Positions 9,845 to 20,111 are shown, numbered from the stretch's first letter. The stretch is DNA of 64,000 nt from an uncultured Candidatus Saccharibacteria bacterium (GCA_964428845.1 CAYRZH010000005.1:1647-65646); one strand, 5' to 3'. The notes: a model not told the origin generated them from the letters alone. Made by a program: numbers and translations.

Positions 9845-11001
9845 AAGTCTTAAGTATAAGTACAGATAGAAATATTTTTAAGAAAGACAGTGCTGTACGG
9901 GCGCGAATGATAAAGTACGGAACACTTTTTGATGAGTTACATATCGTTGTTTTTACCAAAAATAGTCAGCCTGCAGAAACCGAGAAAATCTCCGGAAACA
10001 TCTGGGTTTACCCCACGAAATCATGGACCAAATGGCTATTCTTGAAAGATGCCAAAAGGATCGGTTCCAGTATTATAAAGACTCATAAATTTGAAAAAAC
10101 TAAGGACGTGGTGACTGTTCAGGATCCATTTGAGACTGGGCTGGTTGGATTGAAGCTTAAGAGAAACTTTAACTTACCTCTGCATGTGCAGATCCACACC
10201 GATTTTCTAAACCCATATTTTAAAACTCATTCACTTTCAAACTGGGTCAGGGTAATGATGGCGCAGAGAGTCATATCAAAAGCCGATGGCACGCGAGTGG
10301 TTTCAGAACGCATTAGATTTTCTTTAGAAAGAAGTAATCTTACACAAAAACCGATAATGGTATTGCCGGTATTTGTCGATATTGCAAAGTTCGAGGGGGC
10401 GGCAGGTAGCCATACCTCCGGTTCAAACCTAAAAGAAAAATATCCCCAATTTAACTTTATCATTCTCATGGCTTCACGTCTGACTACCGAGAAAAATATA
10501 CCTCTGGCGTTTGGAGTTATGCAGAAGCTTGTGGAAAAGTATCCTCGCGCAGGGCTGGTCGTAGTGGGAGAAGGGCCTCTGAAAAAATATTTACTGAATC
10601 TTACAAAAAAGCTCAATATCCACAAAAATGTAGTCTTTGAGAACTGGCAAAACGATCTTACTAATTACTACAGAACCGCCAATATATTTTTGTCGACCTC
10701 ACAGTATGAAGGATATGGTCTCTCTATGGTTGAAGCTACTGCTTCTCACTGTCTCGTCGTAGCGACTGATGCTGGAGTTGCTCCCGAGCTCTTGGGAAAC
10801 CAGGAAGGGTCGCTCGTTTGTCCGGTCGGGGATGCGAACTGTCTTTCCGAGAAGATAGAAAAACTTATTTCGGACACAGGTCTCCGAGAAAGCCTTGTTC
10901 ATGAAGCTTTTGGTAAACTTGACCGGGTCGTCGTGAGGAGTGAGAGTGGCTACTTAAAAAGTTACAAGGAAAGTATAATGAATGCCTTACAGAAAGAGTA
11001 A
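9841..11001 (+). CDS. Glycosyltransferase family 4
   Basis: YEGYGLSMVEATASHCLVVATDAGVAPELL motif. Overlaps the upstream gene by 4 nt (ATGA). Confidence 0.7.
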   Translation: MKVLSISTDRNIFKKDSAVRARMIKYGTLFDELHIVVFTKNSQPAETEKISGNIWVYPTKSWTKWLFLKDAKRIGSSIIKTHKFEKTKDVVTVQDPFETGLVGLKLKRNFNLPLHVQIHTDFLNPYFKTHSLSNWVRVMMAQRVISKADGTRVVSERIRFSLERSNLTQKPIMVLPVFVDIAKFEGAAGSHTSGSNLKEKYPQFNFIILMASRLTTEKNIPLAFGVMQKLVEKYPRAGLVVVGEGPLKKYLLNLTKKLNIHKNVVFENWQNDLTNYYRTANIFLSTSQYEGYGLSMVEATASHCLVVATDAGVAPELLGNQEGSLVCPVGDANCLSEKIEKLISDTGLRESLVHEAFGKLDRVVVRSESGYLKSYKESIMNALQKE

Positions 11002-12515
11002 TGAAAAAATTACTGATTATTACTCAAAAGATAGACAAAAGGGACAGTATCCTGGGCTTTTTTCATCGTTGGGTGGAGGAGTTTGCCACCAAGTTTGAGA
11101 AAATAACAGTTATTTGTCTTGAAAAAGGGGATGTTCATTTGCCTCCAAATGTAACGGTTCTTTCTCTTGGTAAAGAGAATGGTCGATCGAGAATAAAATA
11201 CTTAGTAAATTTCTATAGACATCTGTGGTTCGAGAAGGATAATTACGATGTTGTTTTTGTGCATATGAATGAAGAATACGTTCTTCTTGGGGGCGTCTTG
11301 TGGCATCTTCTCGGCAAAAAAGTCAGCATGTGGCGCAATCATCCGATAGGAGATTTAAAAACGAGAATTGCCGTTCTTCTTTGTAACAAGGTATTTGCTA
11401 CGTCCAAATATTCCTATACTGCTGGGTTTGGAAAAACAAAAATTATGCCAGTGGGTGTCGATACATCTACTTTCAGATTGCTCGGAAGCCAGGCTACTGC
11501 AGAAGATAGGAAACCTCGGTCGATACTTTTTCTTGCCCGCATTTCTCCGATCAAAAGACCCGACGTTCTCATCGATGCCCTGAAACTGCTTCGGAAATGG
11601 GGGAAAAAATTTAGTGCCTCGATCTACGGTGATCCTCTGCCAGAAGATCTGGAATATTACCAGGCCTTGAAAGATGAAGTCACCAAAAGTGGTCTCGGAG
11701 AATTGGTTGGTTTTTCTGCAGCAGTCCCAAATGATCAAACGGTATCCATATACAATAACCATGAAATTTTTGTGAACTTGAGTCCTAGTGGAATGTATGA
11801 CAAGACAATTTTCGAAGCGGCTCTTTGCGGAGCTCTAGTTCTCAATTCGAACGAAAATTTGGCAGGGAAGATAGATTCTAGGTTGCTCTTTAAAGAAGGT
11901 TCGGTCGAAGATTTGGCCCAAAAACTTAAGACTCTCTTGGATTTGAACGACCTTCAGAAAAAAGAACTGAAGGAACAGCTAAATGCTTATGCGCATAGCG
12001 AACATTCTCTATTTGCTCTGGCGGGTCGACTCCAAAAAGAGTTGGATTTTAAACAAACCCTAATAGGGAAAATGATTAGTTTAGTTTTTCATAATCGTCT
12101 GTTTGTCAGATATCAGAAACTTTATAGGTATCTAGTTTCTGGCGGTACTTCGGCGTTTGTTGATCTGGGGTTCTTGTTTTTTTTCACCTCTGTCCTAGAG
12201 ATCTGGTACCTAGCGTCATCGGTTCTGGCGTTCATAATCGCCGTTGGGGTTAGTTTCGTGATGCAGAAATTCTGGACTTTCAGGGACCATTCGACCGAAG
12301 GCTGGAAAGCTCAAGCGGGCCTATACCTAGCCATTATTTCGACCAATAACCTCGGCCTAAACACCATTCTTATGTATGTATTTGTGGATCATCTCCACAT
12401 CCACTATTTTCTCTCCCAGTTTGTCATAAGTGGTCTTATTGCGATTGAGAGTTATTTTGTATACCAAATTTTTGTTTTTAGGAAAAAAGGACACCAAAGG
12501 AACCATGCCCAATAA
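11001..12515 (+). CDS. GT4-like glycosyltransferase fused to a C-terminal GtrA-like 4-TM domain
   Basis: The N-terminal ~350 aa are GT-B-like (...MYDKTIFEAALCGALVLNS...). The C-terminal ~140 aa carry the GtrA signature (YLVSGGTSAFVDLGFLFF...VSFVMQKFWTFRD). Confidence 0.55.
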   Translation: MKKLLIITQKIDKRDSILGFFHRWVEEFATKFEKITVICLEKGDVHLPPNVTVLSLGKENGRSRIKYLVNFYRHLWFEKDNYDVVFVHMNEEYVLLGGVLWHLLGKKVSMWRNHPIGDLKTRIAVLLCNKVFATSKYSYTAGFGKTKIMPVGVDTSTFRLLGSQATAEDRKPRSILFLARISPIKRPDVLIDALKLLRKWGKKFSASIYGDPLPEDLEYYQALKDEVTKSGLGELVGFSAAVPNDQTVSIYNNHEIFVNLSPSGMYDKTIFEAALCGALVLNSNENLAGKIDSRLLFKEGSVEDLAQKLKTLLDLNDLQKKELKEQLNAYAHSEHSLFALAGRLQKELDFKQTLIGKMISLVFHNRLFVRYQKLYRYLVSGGTSAFVDLGFLFFFTSVLEIWYLASSVLAFIIAVGVSFVMQKFWTFRDHSTEGWKAQAGLYLAIISTNNLGLNTILMYVFVDHLHIHYFLSQFVISGLIAIESYFVYQIFVFRKKGHQRNHAQ

Positions 12516-14175
12516 AAAAATCACATTTATCGTCATAGCCTTTCTCCTGGTTTTCTTTTTGATTAGAATGCCTGGCTTAGACTTGCCTTATCACCAAGAT
12601 GAATGGAAAAATGTTTCTGCGTCATCGGGCGTGGAGGAGGCTGGGAAGTTTTTTGCTCATCCGCCACTTATGCAGATGATTCTTGTTCTCGGCTATCAGA
12701 TTTTTGGGGTTACATACTTTAGATTTTTACCACTCATTTTTTCTCTTGCATCAGCGATCCTCCTGTATTTTGTTGTGAGAAGTCGATTAGGAGGAAAGGC
12801 AGCAATTTGGTCACTTGCTATTTTTACGGTCCTTTTCTACAACATTTTAGGCTCGCTTGTGCCGGATGTTGATGGTGCCATATTGCCGTTCCTTTTTCTT
12901 TTCTCTGTATATCTCTACGACAAGTGGAATGCTGCTCCAGTAGGCGAGAAAACAAAGTGGTTTATTTTTATGATCACCGTACTTTTAGTCGGCTTCTTAA
13001 CCAAATTGAGTTTTATTTTGGTGGTTGGGGCACTCGCTCTCGACTACATCATTGGAAACTGGCGAAACATGAATCCTAAAAGGATTAGCTACGTGGCTTT
13101 GGTAGCTGCTCTCTTCGGAGCTCTCTATGTCGTGCTTCTGTATGTCATCAAGATTCTCTATCCAGCTTTTGATATAAGCATTATGATGGGTCATGCCAAC
13201 CAGTATTCTGAAGGCATAGGCCGGAACTGGATACAGATAGTAGTGCAGGGCGTCAAAGCGCTTTTTTATCTTTCACCACTTGCACTTGTCCCATTATTTT
13301 TTATTTCGAGGGATACTTTAAAAAGCACTCGAGTTTTTAATATTTATTTAGTTCTGGGTCTTATTTTCTATTTTATTATCTTCGACTTTTCGAGAGGGGC
13401 ACTCGATAAATATTTGATGTTCGCGATTATCCCGCTTGCGGTTTTGGTTGGTTCCATATTTGCAAAGATTTTTGGGACGAAAGTAGACAAAAACTTTTGG
13501 CGACTGTTTTTCCCGATAGGGCTAATCCTTTCTTTTGGTCTTATTTTGCTTAATTTCCTGACACACGCTGTCTTGCCTCTTTACCCAAAAACTCTCTGGT
13601 TTAGCCGCGTTTTGCACGGGGATTGGCTCATACTGAACCCTTTCAATGGAGGTTCTGGACCCCTGGGTTTTTATGTTTCCTTTTTGTTTATTGCTATGGC
13701 CTTTATTGTTGCACTAGCCCTTGTCTGTGTTGGCTTATTTAAGAAAGAATGGCAACAAGGTATCGCTCTGGTAATAATTTTGATCGGGTTCTCATACAAT
13801 GCAGTTTTTGCAGAAGAATTGTTTTTTGGAAAAATAAACGGAAGTGCGCCGGAGGCACTCGCGGAGGCAGTAAATTTTATCGAACATGACGAAGATATAA
13901 AGAGCGTTCTCACTTACAACGATACTGGAGCGGGCCTACTTGCCAAAGTCGGAAAGTACGCTGGGCGTATATATGCCACACCGGAGTCTGAAGGTAAGTA
14001 CAAGGAGATTTTTTCTAACCACACAGCTAAAGGAGGGCATTTCTTGGTGGTCGGTATTCCACCTCTTGGGACAGAAACTTTCTATGGGAAATTTTTTGCC
14101 GAGTGTGATAGTCTCTATGAATCGATATCAGGCCGGGTGCACGCAAATGTATACAAGTGTGATATTTTCAAGTGA
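12505..14175 (+). CDS. Polytopic membrane glycosyltransferase, GT-C fold (ArnT/PMT/GT39-like)
   Basis: Start taken at ATG 12505 (AAAGGA SD-like site), 11-nt overlap with the upstream gene. More than 10 TM helices and a periplasmic loop after TM1 (LDLPYHQDEWKN) typical of GT-C enzymes. Confidence 0.45.
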   Translation: MPNKKITFIVIAFLLVFFLIRMPGLDLPYHQDEWKNVSASSGVEEAGKFFAHPPLMQMILVLGYQIFGVTYFRFLPLIFSLASAILLYFVVRSRLGGKAAIWSLAIFTVLFYNILGSLVPDVDGAILPFLFLFSVYLYDKWNAAPVGEKTKWFIFMITVLLVGFLTKLSFILVVGALALDYIIGNWRNMNPKRISYVALVAALFGALYVVLLYVIKILYPAFDISIMMGHANQYSEGIGRNWIQIVVQGVKALFYLSPLALVPLFFISRDTLKSTRVFNIYLVLGLIFYFIIFDFSRGALDKYLMFAIIPLAVLVGSIFAKIFGTKVDKNFWRLFFPIGLILSFGLILLNFLTHAVLPLYPKTLWFSRVLHGDWLILNPFNGGSGPLGFYVSFLFIAMAFIVALALVCVGLFKKEWQQGIALVIILIGFSYNAVFAEELFFGKINGSAPEALAEAVNFIEHDEDIKSVLTYNDTGAGLLAKVGKYAGRIYATPESEGKYKEIFSNHTAKGGHFLVVGIPPLGTETFYGKFFAECDSLYESISGRVHANVYKCDIFK

Positions 14176-14201
14176 TTTCCTAATACAGGATATACAATAC
14201 A

Positions 14202-15521
14202 ATGAGTTCTACGAGTTCTACAATCGAAACAAAATTCAGAGAGATTCCAACACCACGGGCTTTTTGGAAGCGATACTATTACGACTACACAAAATCTTTT
14301 ATCAAGTTTTTGACACCAAATCATGCCAGAGTTTTTTTTGTTGATCAGGTAGTGGCTGAAAAAAATAAAAAAGTAGATTTTGCCAAAGGGAATCTAGCTG
14401 AAGGATATGACTACGTCGTAGCCCAGGACGTTCTTGGATATATCCACGATATCGAATTATTTTTGCGACAGGCGGCCGGTGCTACTGTGCCAGATGGTCG
14501 CATCATAATTACTCAATATAGCGCACTGTGGGAGCCAATCTTGCGCTTAGCTTCCAAGATCGGACTAAGAAATCGCATCGTCGAACAAAATTGGATCTCG
14601 ATTGGTGATCTAAAAAACTTCGCACAACTAGCTGGACTCGAGGTCTTCAAATCTGGGACAAAAATGCTTATACCGGCTCATATTCCTCTCATCTCATATT
14701 TGTTCAATAAAATCTTAGCAAATATCTGGCCATTTAATCACGCTGGCTTGCTTCACTACGCTGTAATCCGCAAACCACTTGTTCCTGTTTTCAACAAAAA
14801 ACCATCGTTCTCAATTGTTGTCCCTGCTCGCAACGAAGCAGGTACAATCGAAAAAATTGCCCGAGAGCTACCTGATGTGGGCTCGTTTACAGAGATCATT
14901 TTTATCGAAGGGAATTCTACTGACAACACTTGGGCCGAGATAGAGAGGGTCGCAAAGGAAGTGAAAGGTTCAAAAAGAATAAAATTTGCGAAACAGGAGG
15001 GGAAGGGGAAAGGGGATGCTGTTAGAAAAGGTTTTGATATGGCAGAAGGGGATATTCTTGCTATATACGACGCAGACATGACCGTACCGCCGGAAGACGT
15101 AGCTAGGTTCTATGAAATAATTCTTGAAAACAAAGCCGACTTTGTAAATGGTTCACGTCTTATATATCCACTCGAGAAAGAATCAATGAGAGTTCTAAAT
15201 TTCTTCGGTAATAAATTCTTCAGCATGGCTTTTAGTTGGATTCTTTCTCAACCACTCAAAGATACACTTTGTGGTACGAAAGTATTGAGAAGAAAAGATT
15301 ACGAGAAAATTAAACAAAACAGAAGCTTTTTCGGCGACTTCGATCCTTTCGGCGACTTCGATCTACTCTTTGGGGCGGCCAAACTTAATCTAAGAATAAT
15401 AGATCTACCGATCCACTATCGCGAACGTGTATATGGTCGAACAAACATTAGTCGCTTCAGGCATGGCCTGCTCCTGCTTCGCATGACCTTTTTTGCGGCT
15501 CGTAAGCTCAAATTTATATGA
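14202..15521 (+). CDS. Bidomain protein: N-terminal methyltransferase-like domain fused to GT2 (polyprenyl-phosphate sugar transferase-like)
   Basis: C-terminal GT-A domain (FSIVVPARNEAGTIEKI...ILAIYDADMTVPPED, DXD). The N-terminal ~190 aa resemble a class I MTase fold fragment. Confidence 0.55.
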   Translation: MSSTSSTIETKFREIPTPRAFWKRYYYDYTKSFIKFLTPNHARVFFVDQVVAEKNKKVDFAKGNLAEGYDYVVAQDVLGYIHDIELFLRQAAGATVPDGRIIITQYSALWEPILRLASKIGLRNRIVEQNWISIGDLKNFAQLAGLEVFKSGTKMLIPAHIPLISYLFNKILANIWPFNHAGLLHYAVIRKPLVPVFNKKPSFSIVVPARNEAGTIEKIARELPDVGSFTEIIFIEGNSTDNTWAEIERVAKEVKGSKRIKFAKQEGKGKGDAVRKGFDMAEGDILAIYDADMTVPPEDVARFYEIILENKADFVNGSRLIYPLEKESMRVLNFFGNKFFSMAFSWILSQPLKDTLCGTKVLRRKDYEKIKQNRSFFGDFDPFGDFDLLFGAAKLNLRIIDLPIHYRERVYGRTNISRFRHGLLLLRMTFFAARKLKFI

Positions 15522-17257
15522 GGTTCGGTCTTACAAAGGATATGGGTAAAAAAAGTGTCTATCTTCTGATTGCAATCATTTTGGTCTCGGTATTTTTTCG
15601 AACTTGGAATATGACCAGTTTTGATGTTTCTGGAGATCATGCCTTAAACTCGCTGCGTTCTCTGGGGTGGCTCGACTATATACCAGGGGAAGGGCAAACG
15701 GGCCCAATCCAGTGGTTTGAAACCCGTCCCTCGTGGGCGGCCTGGTCGTTTCAAGACGCACCTCCGCTTGTTTTTATTATCCAGCATATAAGTTTTTTGT
15801 TTTTTGGTGATAATACATTTGCAGCTCGTTTACCGTTTGTTTTGGCGGGGATTTTGACCACCTTAATAATTTTCTTGCTTCTGAAGAAATACACCGATCA
15901 GAGGTCCGCTTTGATCGGCTCGGCATTATTTGCCATTTCTTCATATGCCGTCTGGGCAAGCCTAACTGGCTATCTGGAGGGCGTTCTGGTCTTTTTTCTT
16001 GCTCTTAGCCTATTTTTTGCCCTACCGTGGGTTACTGTAGGCGGAGGGAAAAAGAAATATCTCTGGCCTTTATTTGCGGCTTTCTCGCTTATGTCAAAAT
16101 ACACCGCTCTTTTTATCCTTCCGGCTGCAGCTGTTTCGTTTCTAGTATATTGGAGAGGCAGAGTATTTAATAAGAAAATACTCAAACATCTTGCGGTATC
16201 GTTTGTTATATTTGTGGTCATTCTTCTACCGTTAATTAACTACAACATTCATGTTTATAAGGCCCGCGGACACTTCGACTCCTCGCTCTCATCTCTCGTA
16301 GGAATATCTTCTCCAGACTTCTCTATCTTGGGTGATCGTCACGCTACGTTGGACATCGTGGGGAATGTGACATCGATGAAGAGTGTTCTCCTGGGTTCTA
16401 ATTCGTTACCATATCTGTTCCTATTTATATTTTCTGTTATCTGGCTCGTTGTTAGGTTTTTCATGAGAAGGAATAGTTTATTTGAAAATGTTCTTCTTCT
16501 CCACGTCATATTTCTAATCACCATGCTTGCTTTTTCGAGTAGTAATGCTGTGAGGATTCTCTCGGTCTTTTCTTTGTTTATGGCCACAACGTCAGCGATA
16601 TTTGTTGTTTCTTTCCATCGATTCCTAGTTTCAAGGAATAAAATTTTATCACACATATTTTTTGTGTTGTTTGCTATTATTTTTATAGCTGAAACTCTGT
16701 TTTCTCTAAACACCAACGTTCTGTCAAAACCTATTGGTTTTAAACCAGATCGTGCATCATCTTTTCTATATTCACCTTCGAGGATTTATGATAATGGTTG
16801 GAACGATATGGAGAGATATGTCGAGAAAAATATTATTTTAAAAAGAAACCCTATAGTGACAGCTACACGTTCGGAAGATATCACTCGTATTGATGACGAG
16901 ATTTATTTTAAAGGTCAGAACGTTCTTTTGTACGACGAACGGTTGAACTGGTTCAATCTATCGTGGTATTCCTATAAGTATCTAATTTATTATAAATTTC
17001 CTCTTTTTAAGGCTTCGGTGCTTGGAGAAGGCCTCGGCGGGAAAAGTTTTATTTCACAGGTCGACAGTATTGGAGCGAAACACATATACTTCATATACGG
17101 GATGGATGATGTCGTCTTGGATACTGTAAAGAAGCATGGCCCGGTTGCGGAAAGTACTAAGGCCTATAAGGAGGTACTAGATAAAGAGAAGGTTCCGTTT
17201 GAAGAAATAAAAGGTGCAGATGGTGGTGTGACGTTTAGGATTTATAAGATGAGATAA
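15518..17257 (+). CDS. ArnT/PMT-family (GT39/GT83-like) polytopic membrane glycosyltransferase
   Basis: N-terminal region (...ARLPFVLAGILTTLIIFLLLKKYTDQRSALIGSALFAISSYAV...) matches the undecaprenyl-/dolichyl-phosphate sugar transferase GT-C family. About 12 TM helices. Confidence 0.55.
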   Translation: MRFGLTKDMGKKSVYLLIAIILVSVFFRTWNMTSFDVSGDHALNSLRSLGWLDYIPGEGQTGPIQWFETRPSWAAWSFQDAPPLVFIIQHISFLFFGDNTFAARLPFVLAGILTTLIIFLLLKKYTDQRSALIGSALFAISSYAVWASLTGYLEGVLVFFLALSLFFALPWVTVGGGKKKYLWPLFAAFSLMSKYTALFILPAAAVSFLVYWRGRVFNKKILKHLAVSFVIFVVILLPLINYNIHVYKARGHFDSSLSSLVGISSPDFSILGDRHATLDIVGNVTSMKSVLLGSNSLPYLFLFIFSVIWLVVRFFMRRNSLFENVLLLHVIFLITMLAFSSSNAVRILSVFSLFMATTSAIFVVSFHRFLVSRNKILSHIFFVLFAIIFIAETLFSLNTNVLSKPIGFKPDRASSFLYSPSRIYDNGWNDMERYVEKNIILKRNPIVTATRSEDITRIDDEIYFKGQNVLLYDERLNWFNLSWYSYKYLIYYKFPLFKASVLGEGLGGKSFISQVDSIGAKHIYFIYGMDDVVLDTVKKHGPVAESTKAYKEVLDKEKVPFEEIKGADGGVTFRIYKMR

Positions 17258-17261
17258 CACA

Positions 17262-19037
17262 ATGAGGCTTTCAATAATTGTTCCAGTTTTCAATGAGCTT
17301 CGTACTCTTGAAAAAGTTCTACAAAGAATAAAACATACGCAACTCCAGGCAGGAATTGAGAAAGAGATTATTGTTGTCGACGATTTTTCAATCGATGGAA
17401 CGCGCGACCTCATTCAAAAATTGAAGGATGAGTACAAATTAAAAGTCATCCTTCAAGATAAAAACCGTGGTAAGGGGGCGGCAATACGAGCAGGGTTAAA
17501 AGCTGTGAGCGGCGATTTTGCAATAATTCAAGATGCTGACCTGGAGTATGACCCAAATGAATATGCGCAACTGCTCTCTCCAATTGTTGATAGAAAAACA
17601 GAAGTTGTGTATGGATCTAGATTCTTGGGCAAGCGTCAGATCGATCTCTTTTCTCTAAATTATTTCGCCAACAGAGTCTTAACAATAATTTCAAACTTTT
17701 TCACTGGTTTCCGGCTTACTGACATGGAGACTTGCTATAAAGTTTTTTCACAAAAAGCTCTTCAGAAAATTGCCCCAATACTTCAGTCAGACAGATTTGA
17801 TATCGAGCCAGAGATAACCGCGATGGTGGCAAGATATGGTTTTTCGATTATCGAGAGGCCGATTTCTTATAAACCCAGGACAATCAATGAGGGAAAAAAG
17901 ATAAAGTGGCGTGATGGTATTTCGGCAATCCGATCAATTGTGAAGTTTGGCTTGCCCGGGCTTTGGGGGCGCAGAACCTGGCTTTTAAGCCTAATCCTAT
18001 CCCTGACCACCCTAGCTATTTTGTTCGGTATTTTTTTAGGTCCAAACATCCTTGGTGATACTCCATCATATCTTCAGGCCATCGAAGTATTGAGCGGCTC
18101 AAAAATATCTTCGGACTTTGTTCCAAACAGGATTCTCACATCTTTTCTTGGTCTTCAGTCTATCGGTGTGATTTCAAACATAACTGGCAGTGTATTATCT
18201 GCTTGGTTTTTGTTAAATCTCTTTTTATATTTTATCGGTTGTCTATTCTTCTTTAAACTGCTTGTCAGAATGTTTGAAGACCAGAGGCTTGCCTATATCG
18301 GTTCAATGTTTCTTGCCGCTAATTATGCTTTCCTTACGTTTGGTATGAATTATTTGATGGATATAGGGGGTTGGACCTTCTACATTTTATCGTTATATTT
18401 CCTTTGGAAGTACGGTCAAACCAAAAAGACTACAGATATTTTGTTATCAGCCTCAATGATTGGGGTGGGTGCCCTTTTTAAGGAATATGCTTTTCTATCT
18501 GCTGTTGCAATTGCTATTTTTCTCATTATTGAGAACCATAGAGATATAAAAGTTCTTCTCAAAAGAGCATTTCAAACTGCTCTGGTCGCTCTTATTCCTT
18601 CCGTACTTCTTTATATATATGTCTATTCTCGTTTTGGCTATACATATCTAGATTGGTTTAGTTTCAATTCTCGTTACTATATTTATCCCTCGCGCATTGT
18701 CGAATATATCAAAGCCTTCGGTTCTCTCGTAAACGTCTTGGCATTATTGTTTATCGCTGGTTTATATGGAATTTACAAGGGTTGGAAAGAAGTCGAAACA
18801 AGGAAGAAAGTCTTTTTGTTATCAGTTTTTCTCTCGATTTTGCCTATTTTCCTTTGGCCAGCAATCACACAAAGAATACTTACAATCACGATTCCATTTA
18901 TAGTTATAGTTTCGTGCTTCCTTTTTAAGAGATATGGCAGACAATATTTCATTTTCATACCTATTTTGGTTATATATACTGTAGCTTCTTTTTTCATGGA
19001 TTCTTTTATTTTGGGTGCAATCAACTTGCCTCTGTAA
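17262..19037 (+). CDS. GT2 glycosyltransferase (DPM1/GtrB-like) fused to a C-terminal ~9-TM membrane domain
   Basis: N-terminus LSIIVPVFNELRTLEKV...VVDDFSIDGTRD...IQDADLEYDP (GT-A, DXD). Residues ~230-591 are polytopic membrane protein. Confidence 0.6.
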   Translation: MRLSIIVPVFNELRTLEKVLQRIKHTQLQAGIEKEIIVVDDFSIDGTRDLIQKLKDEYKLKVILQDKNRGKGAAIRAGLKAVSGDFAIIQDADLEYDPNEYAQLLSPIVDRKTEVVYGSRFLGKRQIDLFSLNYFANRVLTIISNFFTGFRLTDMETCYKVFSQKALQKIAPILQSDRFDIEPEITAMVARYGFSIIERPISYKPRTINEGKKIKWRDGISAIRSIVKFGLPGLWGRRTWLLSLILSLTTLAILFGIFLGPNILGDTPSYLQAIEVLSGSKISSDFVPNRILTSFLGLQSIGVISNITGSVLSAWFLLNLFLYFIGCLFFFKLLVRMFEDQRLAYIGSMFLAANYAFLTFGMNYLMDIGGWTFYILSLYFLWKYGQTKKTTDILLSASMIGVGALFKEYAFLSAVAIAIFLIIENHRDIKVLLKRAFQTALVALIPSVLLYIYVYSRFGYTYLDWFSFNSRYYIYPSRIVEYIKAFGSLVNVLALLFIAGLYGIYKGWKEVETRKKVFLLSVFLSILPIFLWPAITQRILTITIPFIVIVSCFLFKRYGRQYFIFIPILVIYTVASFFMDSFILGAINLPL

Positions 19038-19046
19038 ACATCAAAT

Positions 19047-20111
19047 ATGAAAATATGTTATTTCGGAATTTATGATCCAGAGTTTGGCCGCAATAAAGTC
19101 TACATTTCTGGTTTGAAAAAAAACGGGGTAGAGATCGTCGAATGTCGAGATAATTCTCGGGGAATATTAAAATACTTTAAACTCTGGCGCCGCCATAGGG
19201 CGATTGTAAGGGCTGGTGGGTACGATGTGCTTATTGTTGGCTATCCTGGACATATTGTTGTTCCGTTTGCAAAATTTTTGTCCAAAAAACCGGTTATTTT
19301 TGACGCACTATGCACCCTTTATGAGGGGGAGATCGTCTCACGTGATAAATATCGATGGAACCTAATTATGAGGGGGTGGGTAAATCTTATTGATCATGCC
19401 GCAGTGCTAACTGCCGATCTTATTTTTGTTGAAACTAATGCACAACGAGAATTTTTTATTAAAAGATTTTCACTTCCACCAAAGAAGATCTCGAGGATTT
19501 TTACTGGCGTAGACGAAGAGATTTTCCACTTATATCCGGAAGTAAAAAAGAAAAATCGTTTTACTGCCGTTTTCCGAGGCAAATTTCTCCCAGAAGCTGG
19601 GGTAGCTCATATTATTCAGGCCGCCAAAATCCTTGAAAATCAAGATGTGGATTTCCTTATTCTCGGCCACGGATTTCTTGAAAATGAAGTCCGTTCTCTC
19701 ATTGAGAAGACTAAAGCTAAAAATATCGAATGGGTTTCGGAAAAGCTATCGTTTGCTGAATTGGTGAAAAGGATGTCCGAATGCCATGTTTTGCTCGGTC
19801 AGTTTGAAAAACACGAGCGTTTGGAGCGAACCATTCCGCATAAGGCCTTCGAGGCCTTGGCACTTGGGCTACCGTACGTTACCGCGCGAGCTCGCGGGAT
19901 TTCCGAACTACTAACTGATGGAAAAGATTGTTTTATGGTTGGTCCAGCTAATTCAAATGAAATCGCTGACAAATTAATTTTCATGAAAAATAATCGAAAT
20001 TTACTGGAGAATATTTCCCGAAATGGCCTCCATTTGTTTCAGGAAAAATTAACATCGGCAAAACTTGCGGAAGATATTGTGGAGGTTATCGCGCGAATTA
20101 AAAAAAATTAG
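19047..20111 (+). CDS. GT-B glycosyltransferase (GT4/GT1-like)
   Basis: C-terminal ...HERLERTIPHKAFEALALGLPYVTARARGISELL... with EX7E-like geometry. Confidence 0.55.
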   Translation: MKICYFGIYDPEFGRNKVYISGLKKNGVEIVECRDNSRGILKYFKLWRRHRAIVRAGGYDVLIVGYPGHIVVPFAKFLSKKPVIFDALCTLYEGEIVSRDKYRWNLIMRGWVNLIDHAAVLTADLIFVETNAQREFFIKRFSLPPKKISRIFTGVDEEIFHLYPEVKKKNRFTAVFRGKFLPEAGVAHIIQAAKILENQDVDFLILGHGFLENEVRSLIEKTKAKNIEWVSEKLSFAELVKRMSECHVLLGQFEKHERLERTIPHKAFEALALGLPYVTARARGISELLTDGKDCFMVGPANSNEIADKLIFMKNNRNLLENISRNGLHLFQEKLTSAKLAEDIVEVIARIKKN

